Source: an uncultured Methanosarcinales archaeon
GTDB lineage: Archaea; Nanobdellota; Nanobdellia; Woesearchaeales; JAGVZT01
DNA: 28,117 nt
Reading direction: 5' to 3'
Assembly (NCBI GenBank): GCA_964419615.1
Contig: CAYQPU010000023.1
Coordinates: 1 to 28,117 of the forward strand
Below the pieces are notes generated by a model, which did not search any database, was not told the origin of the DNA, and saw only the letters and a list, made by a program, of their open reading frames with translations. A program made the translations under genes and the position numbers. The stretch's first letter is position 1; each line of letters begins with the position of its first letter. This document shows, one piece after another, positions 6,551 to 15,243 of the stretch.

Positions 6551-8727
6551 CTCAACCATCAATAGATACAGTTGTATGTCCCTTGGATGATCCTAATTTT
6601 GTTAGGGGTTTTACTCATACTGAAGATGATAGATTATTCGGGTTACATGTTATGCCAACCTTAGATGAAGAAATTCAGTTAGCGACAAGGGCATATGAAG
6701 TAGGTATTCAACCTACAGCTGCAATCTTTTTTCATTACATTCATACAATTACTATTGATAGGTTGGAGACTGAATTAAAAGGACAATTTGGAGACAACAT
6801 TGTTATGCTCTATGATGATATGCCTATTATTGCTTATCTGCTAATTAAAGGTCAGTCAATAGCGTGCAGAAAAGTAGATGAAATTGAGATGAAAGCTGAT
6901 CTGATTAGACCAACTGTTGGTACCAATAGAGATGATTTGCTAAAAAAAGGTAATGTTATAGTAGAACCCACAAAGAATGAAGGTAATCTATATCATGTTG
7001 ACTCTTGGCAAGGATTTTTAGATCTATTAGAAGAATGGCCAGACAATACTTCTTTAATATACTCTCATGAACCAGGTAATCCATCCAGAGATGGCAAAAT
7101 TTTAAGTGAAGATTTATTTATTGCTGCTTCAAACATTGCACTGAAGCAACCTGTTGCTTGTGACACACAAGGATTTGAGGATTGGCATGAGTATCAAGAA
7201 ATTATTAGACGTGAAAATGCATTGGTAATTACTAAAACTGAATCAGGTAGACCAGATATAACAAGTTCAAGAGCTGGTGCAACTGAGGTAGGTTCAGGTT
7301 TTACTGCTCAAGTAACACAAATGAATTTTGCACCCTTTGTAGCAGATAATACATGGCATATTGGAATTGACAGTCTTATACATCAGAAAACAAATTTCCA
7401 TCCCCTATTAGATAGATATGAAGTTGAAACATTAGATATTGCTAGATCTGTAGTTAATGTACCTGATGCTGAATGGAAAAACCATGTTGAGATTGAAGGT
7501 GAGATGGTTAAGATATCTACTGGTGTGCAAATGCAGACTGTTATTGGTCCTACTTTGTTTGAAATTATGACAAACTATCAATTTGTTGATTATGAGAATG
7601 ATCAAGAATCTAAAGATCTGTTAGATGGGATTTGGGCTGCTGTTATTGATCAACAAAAAATCAATTATGCAATTTCAAACCAGATAACTGCAGATAAAGA
7701 GAGGAGTTTTTTATTATCTGGATACCATATTACCAAAGCAGTTGTTGATTCCCTACCTGATATGGTTGAGAATGTTTTAGGCTATCCTGTTCCTAAGAAA
7801 GATACAAAAGAAGAAAAAGCTGCATATCAGACGTGTGTGTTTGATTTGATGCGGTTAATGCTTAATAATCAGTCTGACATAATTAAAGTCCAAGTAAAAG
7901 GTTTAGGAGCAGATGCTGCACCAGAATTACCTGAAACAGAAATAGCTACTAGATTACATTACACCCTTAAAGCTGCAAGTTCTTTAGAATTAAGAGGCGC
8001 TGAGAGAATGGAATTTATACAAGCTTATCAGAATACTTTTGGCAGGTTGCTTTCAGATTCAATGATCCAATCCGGTCGCTGGATTAGTGATAGATATGGT
8101 CATAATTCAAAGTTTGTAGGGCTTTCAATAGATTTATCTAATGATGGAAAACCTACCATTCAAAGGGATGATAATGGTAATGTTCAACTTTATTCTTATG
8201 ATATGCTTACAAGACCAGGTCTGTGGGAGATTGATCTGAGCTTTTTGTTAGATGGACCATCCAATCTTCCGGTTGGGATGAAAGAAAGATTATTTGACGC
8301 TGCAAGATATTTGCAGATAGCTTTAACTCACGATGATATTGATTTTGAATCAACTGAATCAAAAGCTAAGAATTATGTTTTAACTGGAAACAGACAAAAC
8401 TTGGATAGGTTAATGACTAGTGAAGCACATTTTGCCTATCATAATGTTTTAGAGTGTGCAAGGGTACATAGAAACATACTTCAAAGAAAACATGAAACTA
8501 AGGAGGGTGGCGCTCATAAAGGTCATTATGAAGATTTAGCATTTGAAGCTTTTATGCGAGTTTATGAGAATGCAGAATCAATTTGGAATCATGCAGGTGT
8601 TTTTGATGATTTAAACACAGTTGCTAGGTATTTTTTTGGAGCAAGTGATTCTTTTGACTCAGATCTAATTAAAGCTGCAGCGCAAGAAGCGGACTTAACA
8701 AATCAAATACCATTTTCTGAGTATTAA
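6547..8727 (+). CDS. Large protein with divergent APH/choline-kinase-like domain (paralogue B)
   Basis: Gly loop EVGSGFTAQV, RYEVETL...VNVPD, VQMQTVIGPTL, YQNTFGRLLS, catalytic loop WISDRYGHN (about 8086), YSYDM and IDLSFLLD. It shares ARxHRNxLQRxH...HYExxAF and DDLxTVAxY with paralogue A. ATGA overlap with A. Confidence 0.55.
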   Translation: MTQPSIDTVVCPLDDPNFVRGFTHTEDDRLFGLHVMPTLDEEIQLATRAYEVGIQPTAAIFFHYIHTITIDRLETELKGQFGDNIVMLYDDMPIIAYLLIKGQSIACRKVDEIEMKADLIRPTVGTNRDDLLKKGNVIVEPTKNEGNLYHVDSWQGFLDLLEEWPDNTSLIYSHEPGNPSRDGKILSEDLFIAASNIALKQPVACDTQGFEDWHEYQEIIRRENALVITKTESGRPDITSSRAGATEVGSGFTAQVTQMNFAPFVADNTWHIGIDSLIHQKTNFHPLLDRYEVETLDIARSVVNVPDAEWKNHVEIEGEMVKISTGVQMQTVIGPTLFEIMTNYQFVDYENDQESKDLLDGIWAAVIDQQKINYAISNQITADKERSFLLSGYHITKAVVDSLPDMVENVLGYPVPKKDTKEEKAAYQTCVFDLMRLMLNNQSDIIKVQVKGLGADAAPELPETEIATRLHYTLKAASSLELRGAERMEFIQAYQNTFGRLLSDSMIQSGRWISDRYGHNSKFVGLSIDLSNDGKPTIQRDDNGNVQLYSYDMLTRPGLWEIDLSFLLDGPSNLPVGMKERLFDAARYLQIALTHDDIDFESTESKAKNYVLTGNRQNLDRLMTSEAHFAYHNVLECARVHRNILQRKHETKEGGAHKGHYEDLAFEAFMRVYENAESIWNHAGVFDDLNTVARYFFGASDSFDSDLIKAAAQEADLTNQIPFSEY

Positions 8728-9589
8728 TCAAGTAATGTATTACCACCAATTCTTTTGATTTTTTTGTGTTGAATAATAATAAACCTTCATTTTTTACTTG
8801 TTTTTGTATTTGAGCAAACTTAACTGCATCCTTTGCTTTGAAGTCAAAGAAGATTGAGGAATATAGTCCAATAGTTTGATTTAGCTTTTCAAATAATTCA
8901 AAGGTTTCACTTGAGAGGTTGATGTTTTTATTTTTGTCTTTTTCTAAGAATCTGCATAGATCCCTTAACTCATCTGCTACTTTTTCTAGTTGCTCTACTA
9001 GAGCATACATGATTGCGGTCTTATCTGGCTCTTTGTAGCCATGTTTGTTTAAGCTTCTTCTAAGATAATGCGTTAGTTTATTATTTGTTTTTTCTAGATC
9101 CTTAATGTTTGATATTGTTTCATAGTCTTTTTCCTTTAAAGCTGTTAGTAAATCTTCTCCCATTACCTTTAGTAATAATATTGTTCTCCTAAGAATAGAA
9201 TCAAATTCTTTGTCAGATGCTTCTGTTATGCTTCTTACAACACATTTGTTTTTTTCTTGTTTGACTATTTCATAGGTCATTGCTTCTAGATTAACTGCAG
9301 CTTCTATTTCCCTTAATTGCTCTTTTGAGTTAAAGTTAACTGTGATCTCATCATAACCACGTTTGTACATTGCATCAAATGCTCTTTTTACAATAGGCCC
9401 GAATTCAGTTGCATTAAAGATTCCTTTGTGTTCTGGACTATCTCCTTCTCGTAAATTTATTGTTAATTGGGATCCGTTTGGTGTGACTTCAACTTCATCC
9501 CCCTTCTTTACATTATTAGCTCTAGCCCATTTTAGTGGCAAAGAGACTACATAAGTTGTATCAGCTAATTTGATGATTTTACGTTTCAT
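8669..9589 (-). CDS. phoU: AbrB-PhoU phosphate uptake regulator
   Basis: N-terminal AbrB/SpoVT motif (RKIIKLADTTYVVSLPLKW...VKKGDEV), AMYKRGYDEI, and PhoU-like helical repeats (LEKTNNKL, LEKVADE). Typical archaeal architecture. Confidence 0.85.
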   Translation of the reverse strand: MKRKIIKLADTTYVVSLPLKWARANNVKKGDEVEVTPNGSQLTINLREGDSPEHKGIFNATEFGPIVKRAFDAMYKRGYDEITVNFNSKEQLREIEAAVNLEAMTYEIVKQEKNKCVVRSITEASDKEFDSILRRTILLLKVMGEDLLTALKEKDYETISNIKDLEKTNNKLTHYLRRSLNKHGYKEPDKTAIMYALVEQLEKVADELRDLCRFLEKDKNKNINLSSETFELFEKLNQTIGLYSSIFFDFKAKDAVKFAQIQKQVKNEGLLLFNTKKSKELVVIHYLINTQKMVFDLLSPLLALQL

Positions 9590-9742
9590 TATATATGGGA
9601 ACTGGTTTGAGTATATATATTTTTCTAAAAAAATTATATTTTTAATTGAAATTATAATTTATAAGGGAAAAGATTATATTCTTGCACCTTTTATTATTCC
9701 ATAATGATTACTACATTAAAGTAGTAACGGGGTGAAAGTAAA

Positions 9743-11656
9743 ATGGTAAAAAAGTTGTTTGAAAAAGTACAATCTGAGTTTAATGATAGAAAAACTCGAA
9801 GAGAAGAACACAAAGAGAATAGAGAAGAAGCTTGGGGAGAATACCAAGGTAGAGATGACACAAAATGGTCTGAAGATAGATGGAAAGCTAATTATGATAG
9901 ACTTAATGCAGGAGACCTTGCACATAGTTTAGAACAAAGAACTTTTGGTGAGCTTGGTGAAGCTGCTAGTGAAAAATGGTCCTCATTTAGGGAGGGAGCT
10001 AGTTCTATGTATGAAGGTTTGAGCGGAAAAGTTAACCAGATGCGTGAAAAGAGAAACTTTAAGAAAAAACGAAAAGAAGCTTGGAACGAATATCAAGAAA
10101 AAGAAGATTCTGCTGAATGGTCTAAAGAAAGATGGCACAATACTTACAATGGTAGACACTCAAATGGTGTTGAAAATGCTGATAGACATTTAGGTCATGA
10201 TATTGCTGATGGTGCTAGATCATTAAGAGACAGAATTAATTCTCTTGGTGAAAAAGCTAACCAAAAAGCTGGTGAAGCTGGTAAAACAGTTATGTCAAGA
10301 AGCTTTGTTGAGAATCTTGAAGCTGCTAGTGAAAAATGGTCCTCATTTAGTGAGGGAGCTAGTTCTATGTATGAAGGTTTAAGTGGTAAAATTGGCCAAA
10401 TGCGTGAAAATGCTAAAGCTAAGAAAAAATTTAAACAAGATAGAAAAAATGCTTGGGAAAAATATCAAGCCAAAGATGATTCTGCTGGATGGTCAAAAGA
10501 AAGATGGCATAATACTTACAGTGGTAGACACTCAAATGGTGTTGAAAATGCTGATAGACACTTAGGTCAAGTTGCTGTTGATGTTGCTAAAGAGCAAGGA
10601 TCAAAAGCCGCACAAAAAGCTGGTGAAGCTGGTAAAACAGTTATGTCAAGAAGCTTTGTTGAGAATCTTGAAGCTGCTGAAAACTTTATTGTTAAAACAG
10701 CTATGGATCCAAATACTTATAGAAAAGCAATTAGAGCTACTGCAATAACTGCAGTTGTTGCTACTGCTGGACCACTTGCTGCGGCTGGAACTTTTGTTGC
10801 TGGCTATGGTATACAACAAGGTGGAGAAGCTTTAGCTGGACAAGTTGGTGCAGAGTATAGTGCAGCTGTTTTAGGTACTACTGGCACTTTAGCAGATATT
10901 GCTAGAGGAGATGTAATTGGTGCTGGATTAAATGCAACTTTTGCTGGTAGCACTGCCACTGCAGGATATCTAAAATCAAAAGGAGATGTTGAGAAAGCTC
11001 AAAAGTTTAGTAGAGCTGGTACAATAGCTGCTGGAGCAAGAGGCCTATGGGGAGTAGGTGGATTAGTTGCTGATGCAGTCGGTATTGGTAGTCCTGATTT
11101 AGAGGCTGTTGTTCTAGAAGAAACAACTTCACCTGAAGATGGTAGAGTCTATCAACCAGATCCAACAGAAAGTACACCTGATGTTGTATTACCTGAGGAT
11201 TATGTTGCACCTGAACCCCCAACTGTTGAAGAGTTAGGAGACATGTTGCCTCCAAGAGATCAACCTGATGTACCACCTGTGGACATACCGCCAGCAGATT
11301 ATACAGCAAGGATCACTGATGTTGCTGATGTTCCAAAAGAGTTTGGTTATGAGATGACAACTGCAACTCCAGGTGAGTACAGTAGTGGAACTATCCTAAT
11401 GGATAGAAGTGATGGAAGCATAGATGTATATGCAAACTCTGAACTTGAAGGAGCAATTGGAGATGGTAAATTTGCACTTGTTAAGTTTGATGACAATACA
11501 ACTCAAGTATATGACATGAGCAACGGATCATTAAGACTAGAGGATGCAAGTAACATCAAAGAGATTTCAATTGGAGCTGTAGAACAAGATGTAGTTGGTG
11601 GACAACCAGTTGAAACAAATTTTGTTTCCTATTCAAGCGTTGTGCTTGATAATTAA
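9743..11656 (+). CDS. Large hypothetical membrane/surface protein with internal repeats, Gly/Ala-rich hydrophobic core and Pro/acidic stalk
   Basis: Charged helical repeats (AW.EYQ.K.DSA.WSKERWHNTY.GRHSNGVENADRHLG), about 130 aa of Gly/Ala-rich hydrophobic segments, a PEPP/PPRDQPDVPP linker and a beta-rich acidic C-terminal domain. Confidence 0.8.
   Translation: MVKKLFEKVQSEFNDRKTRREEHKENREEAWGEYQGRDDTKWSEDRWKANYDRLNAGDLAHSLEQRTFGELGEAASEKWSSFREGASSMYEGLSGKVNQMREKRNFKKKRKEAWNEYQEKEDSAEWSKERWHNTYNGRHSNGVENADRHLGHDIADGARSLRDRINSLGEKANQKAGEAGKTVMSRSFVENLEAASEKWSSFSEGASSMYEGLSGKIGQMRENAKAKKKFKQDRKNAWEKYQAKDDSAGWSKERWHNTYSGRHSNGVENADRHLGQVAVDVAKEQGSKAAQKAGEAGKTVMSRSFVENLEAAENFIVKTAMDPNTYRKAIRATAITAVVATAGPLAAAGTFVAGYGIQQGGEALAGQVGAEYSAAVLGTTGTLADIARGDVIGAGLNATFAGSTATAGYLKSKGDVEKAQKFSRAGTIAAGARGLWGVGGLVADAVGIGSPDLEAVVLEETTSPEDGRVYQPDPTESTPDVVLPEDYVAPEPPTVEELGDMLPPRDQPDVPPVDIPPADYTARITDVADVPKEFGYEMTTATPGEYSSGTILMDRSDGSIDVYANSELEGAIGDGKFALVKFDDNTTQVYDMSNGSLRLEDASNIKEISIGAVEQDVVGGQPVETNFVSYSSVVLDN
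9959..10678 (+). repeat. Intragenic tandem duplication (about 351-360 bp unit)
   Basis: GAAGCTGCTAGTGAAAAATGGTCCTCATTTAG... occurs at 9959 and 10319 (360 bp period). A 66-bp block is identical at 10262-10327 and 10613-10678 (351 bp period). Confidence 0.9.
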
Positions 11657-11695
11657 TTTTTTTTTATTTTAATTTTTATTTGTGGAGGGAAAAAA

Positions 11696-12373
11696 ATGAA
11701 TGATGAAAAATCATTAGTAAGAAAAGCTTTACCTGTTCTTGGAGTTGCAATTGTTGCAGTAGCTGGTACAGTCATTGCTTTGAATTGGGATGTTAGTACT
11801 GAAGGAATGTATCCTACTCCCACTCCTTATCATGAATGGGACCGAACAGGAGAGTTTGGATTTGTTGATCCAACTAATCCATTTTCATTTGGAAACTTGA
11901 TCAAAGATGATGCACAAAGTGAAATGACAGAAGCTATGCTTTGTCATGATTACAATGGAAAGGTTGCTGAGTGGGTGGAAGGAGAGAATATTCCTGAAGA
12001 TTATCTTGAAGAAGCAAAAGTATTCATGTATAATTACATTGACAAGAGATGGGGAATAGATGGATTATGTTATGCAATTTATCCAGGTGTCACTGAATTA
12101 AAACCTGAAGAACTAGAAGCTATTCAAGAGTATAATGGTCTTATGCAAGAAATTTATGAGATGGTTATTGAAGAGTTTGCAATTGAAGACTATGATGATT
12201 TTTTTGAAGCTGATTATGCAGATCTGTTGCGTGACGCTATTAGGCTGAATGTACCTGAGGCAAATACAGACCAAGGTCTGTTCGAGATACTGGAACATGG
12301 TGCTTTTGATTATATCAGACAAAAAGCATCTGATGAGTTACCAGTACTTTTCTGGAATTTTCCAGATTTTTGA
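11696..12373 (+). CDS. Hypothetical membrane-anchored protein (paralogue of the next gene)
   Basis: N-terminal TM helix, PTPTP linker, acidic domain with IPEDYLEE...RWGIDGLCYAIYP. GGAGG RBS. Confidence 0.8.
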   Translation: MNDEKSLVRKALPVLGVAIVAVAGTVIALNWDVSTEGMYPTPTPYHEWDRTGEFGFVDPTNPFSFGNLIKDDAQSEMTEAMLCHDYNGKVAEWVEGENIPEDYLEEAKVFMYNYIDKRWGIDGLCYAIYPGVTELKPEELEAIQEYNGLMQEIYEMVIEEFAIEDYDDFFEADYADLLRDAIRLNVPEANTDQGLFEILEHGAFDYIRQKASDELPVLFWNFPDF

Positions 12374-12401
12374 TTAATATAAATAATATGGTGAAACAAA
12401 A

Positions 12402-13091
12402 ATGACAAATAATACAGTTAGAAACGGATTGTTAATCACAGGTGTAGTGTTAGCTGCTTTATCACTAGCCTCTTGCGAAGGAGCTCCTGATGGAGTTGTG
12501 CCAACTGCTACAGCATTACCAACAGCTACACCTACACCAGAGGTGTGGGATCAAGCTGGAGATAATACTTACACTGCCCCTGATATGAATGCTTATATAA
12601 ACAGATTCATGGTTGGATTTCGACAAGATCTTAAGCATCCAACTGGTTGCTTGGATAGAGATGAATTTGATTATGATCAATTAGATGAACTAGGTATTCC
12701 CCAAGAATATCATGATGAAGTATTCAAAGCAGCAGATGATGCTACTATAGAAAGATTGGGTATAAGTGGTACATGTTATGCATTTATTCCTTATCATACT
12801 GATTTGGGAGAAGCACTTGATGATATTCAAGCGTTTAATGCACTAAAACAAGGAACATTTGACAGTGTTAATGAACTTTGTGGCCACCCAAGTGAGTATC
12901 ATTCTTTTGAGAATTACCAGGTTAATTGGCTTGAGAAATGTGGTTATACTGAAGAGTTTGGCGACCTGTTAAAAGTATCAATATTACTTAACACTCCTTT
13001 CACAGAAGATGATGATCAGTTTAATGCTTTGCATTGGACAATGCAGTCATACATTGTGAAGATAGCTGAGGAGATAATTGAAGGTGAGTAA
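12402..13091 (+). CDS. Putative lipoprotein (paralogue of the previous gene)
   Basis: Signal peptide ending in lipobox-like LASC, PTATALPTATPTP linker, IPQEYHDE...RLGISGTCYAFIP. GGTGA RBS. Confidence 0.8.
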   Translation: MTNNTVRNGLLITGVVLAALSLASCEGAPDGVVPTATALPTATPTPEVWDQAGDNTYTAPDMNAYINRFMVGFRQDLKHPTGCLDRDEFDYDQLDELGIPQEYHDEVFKAADDATIERLGISGTCYAFIPYHTDLGEALDDIQAFNALKQGTFDSVNELCGHPSEYHSFENYQVNWLEKCGYTEEFGDLLKVSILLNTPFTEDDDQFNALHWTMQSYIVKIAEEIIEGE

Positions 13092-13093
13092 AA

Positions 13094-13378
13094 ATGGAAC
13101 AAAAACAGCACTTACATGTCAATTCAAGGTTATATGTTATAATTGATAAGGTAAGAGATGAAAACCCAACAGTGCATGTTGGTCAAGTGGGTGATAAATG
13201 GAAAGGCACTGCACCAGTTACATTACATCATGTAATTACTTACGATAATGTGGAAGAATTAATGCAACCAACAGAATATTCTAAGGATTATAGAGCAGCA
13301 CTTTGGCAAGCCTATGGTTGGGAAGGATGCGCTTTTATGCACCGTTCAGGTTTTGAATACCCTACAAGAAGGCCTTGA
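13094..13378 (+). CDS. Hypothetical protein (possibly frameshifted)
   Basis: Starts 2 nt after the previous stop with a GGTGA RBS. No recognisable motif. An alternative frame in its 3' half stays open to about 13406. Confidence 0.5.
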   Translation: MEQKQHLHVNSRLYVIIDKVRDENPTVHVGQVGDKWKGTAPVTLHHVITYDNVEELMQPTEYSKDYRAALWQAYGWEGCAFMHRSGFEYPTRRP

Positions 13379-13465
13379 TCAAGATGTAAAACAGATTGTA
13401 GAATAAGTTATAGTGAATGGCGTGGAATTAACTGGAATTGATATAACAAAATATTTTAAACAAAG

Positions 13466-14005
13466 ATGAAAGAGATAGATTTCCTAATTAGATTGTACAG
13501 AAAACTAGAGGACAGTAAATTACCATTGGAGTGTTTTCCAGGTGGTCCTAATACCTCAATAATCACCTGGAATCCACTCTTTTCTGGGGATGAATCTGAC
13601 GTATATCAAACTAGTACCGTACTTTATCCAGGTAGAATTGAAGTGAGTGATATTGGTGTGAAGATGGTTCGTTTTGGTGTTGGCAAGCGAGTGAAAACAG
13701 TGTTAGAGACACATAAAAGTAGTTTAAGTGAATTACTTGAGTTAGACGGAGAATCATTTGGGTATCTTATAATACTAAGAGATAGACCTGAAATCAAGTA
13801 TGAATTTGGGACAAGTGACTTTAAAACAATTTCAACTTTTAGTACAAGAAATTACACTGACCATGAAACAATATTTTCTGTCTGTGCTAATAGAAGACTA
13901 CCTAATAACTGGAAAGACATTAGTGAAGGAGATAATTACTTTCATACAATGGAAAAGATCTTTGGGTATAGGGGACCGATTACAGAATTTAACATAAGAA
14001 AATGA
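13466..14005 (+). CDS. Hypothetical protein (intact member of a tandem paralogue pair)
   Basis: 179-aa ORF whose KLP.ECF.GGPNTS..TW.P.F motif is shared with the adjacent degenerate copy. Confidence 0.75.
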   Translation: MKEIDFLIRLYRKLEDSKLPLECFPGGPNTSIITWNPLFSGDESDVYQTSTVLYPGRIEVSDIGVKMVRFGVGKRVKTVLETHKSSLSELLELDGESFGYLIILRDRPEIKYEFGTSDFKTISTFSTRNYTDHETIFSVCANRRLPNNWKDISEGDNYFHTMEKIFGYRGPITEFNIRK

Positions 14006-14472
14006 GATAAATTGATTTTTTAATTAAAATGTATAGAACATTGGAGAATACTAAATTACCAAGTGAATGCTTCTCTGGTGGACCAAATACTTCAGTTTTC
14101 ACATGGGATCCTTTTTTTGCTTATGATTCTAAATCAAGGCTTTATTTGGCTAGTACAAAAATATTTCCTGAAAAAGTGTCTGATGGTCAGATTACTGTGA
14201 GGATGATTGATTTTGGTGTGGGCTTTGTGACAGAGGAGTGTATTGACTCTGAACACTGTAGTTTTGACAGATTTGGAATTGCAGATGGAACATCTTTTGG
14301 TTACTTTCGTGTTGATAGTGAGAAATAATCAGGTAAGTATGTTTATTTTACAGATAATTTGAGAACTATTAGTAGGTATGAAGCTGAAGATGAGAATCCA
14401 GACCTAGGTAAAGATGCTCCTATTGTGGGCAATGATGTTTTTAAAATTGTAGATGATATATTTGGGTGGTGA
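14002..14472 (+). pseudogene. Paralogue of 13466-14005 interrupted by two in-frame TAA codons
   Basis: ATG 14002 gives MR*IDFLIKMYRT versus MKEIDFLIRLYRK (TAA 14008-14010). After TAA 14326-14328 the same frame continues SGKYVYFTDNLRTISRY...GNDVFKIVDDIFGW*, matching KYEFGTSDFKTISTF...GDNYFHTMEKIFGY. Confidence 0.8.
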
Positions 14473-14476
14473 GTTA

Positions 14477-15208
14477 ATGGAAGTTATGAATTTTGAAATT
14501 GATGAATCAATACTAGCAAAAGTTGCTGCACAGTATGCAGACCCAGATCTGTCACCATCAGTATTTACAGACCCACATGAAACAAAAATCAGATTAGGTT
14601 TAGTTATTGCCGGGGAAGTAGCAGAAAAATACCTTTTAGAAAGAAAAATTGAGAGTTCTAATTTTTCAAAAAAGTTTTGGACAGATAAAATTGTACAGGG
14701 AGGTATTAGCTCTGATGATAAAAAGCCACTTAGTGATGAAGAGCTGAAAAGTCAATCACTTAAATATGGTATTATTCATCATTTAGTAATGTGTGGTGAG
14801 TGTATTGAAACATCAAACAAATACAAAAATATTAAATCTGTAACTGCCGTTGAGACCAGACTCTCATTAGATTGGCTTTCTCAAGCAACTTCTTATTTAT
14901 GTAAAGTTCTAGATTTATCTGAATTATTATTTGAAGAACAGCCAATTGAAAGAATCCGTGATTCTGTTACTGGATGGATTATTAATGATTTGAAGGGTTA
15001 CACACAAGGTTTGGATAATTTGACAACTGGATTATATCAAACTATTCGCATATTGTCAGGCGGTTCTCCACGGACAATTGGAGAGTATAATAATCCAATT
15101 GTAAATTTTGGTACAAATCAAGTTGGAGATATTTCTGAGAGAGTTACAGATTTGCTTGAGACTTATACTGATGCTTTCAAACATGCTTTTGAAAGAGAAG
15201 GGATTTAA
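14477..15208 (+). CDS. Hypothetical helical protein
   Basis: ATG 14477 follows GGTGGTGA (RBS-like). Long acidic ORF with no recognised motif. Confidence 0.7.
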   Translation: MEVMNFEIDESILAKVAAQYADPDLSPSVFTDPHETKIRLGLVIAGEVAEKYLLERKIESSNFSKKFWTDKIVQGGISSDDKKPLSDEELKSQSLKYGIIHHLVMCGECIETSNKYKNIKSVTAVETRLSLDWLSQATSYLCKVLDLSELLFEEQPIERIRDSVTGWIINDLKGYTQGLDNLTTGLYQTIRILSGGSPRTIGEYNNPIVNFGTNQVGDISERVTDLLETYTDAFKHAFEREGI

Positions 15209-15243
15209 TAACAAAATAATATTAAGAAAAATAAAATAAAAAA

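Noticed and set aside
14002-14472. Genetic-code reassignment of TAA
   Set aside because: TAA terminates many well-identified genes in the window (e.g. tpiA-linked ORF, sepF, grpE), so nonsense mutation is more parsimonious.
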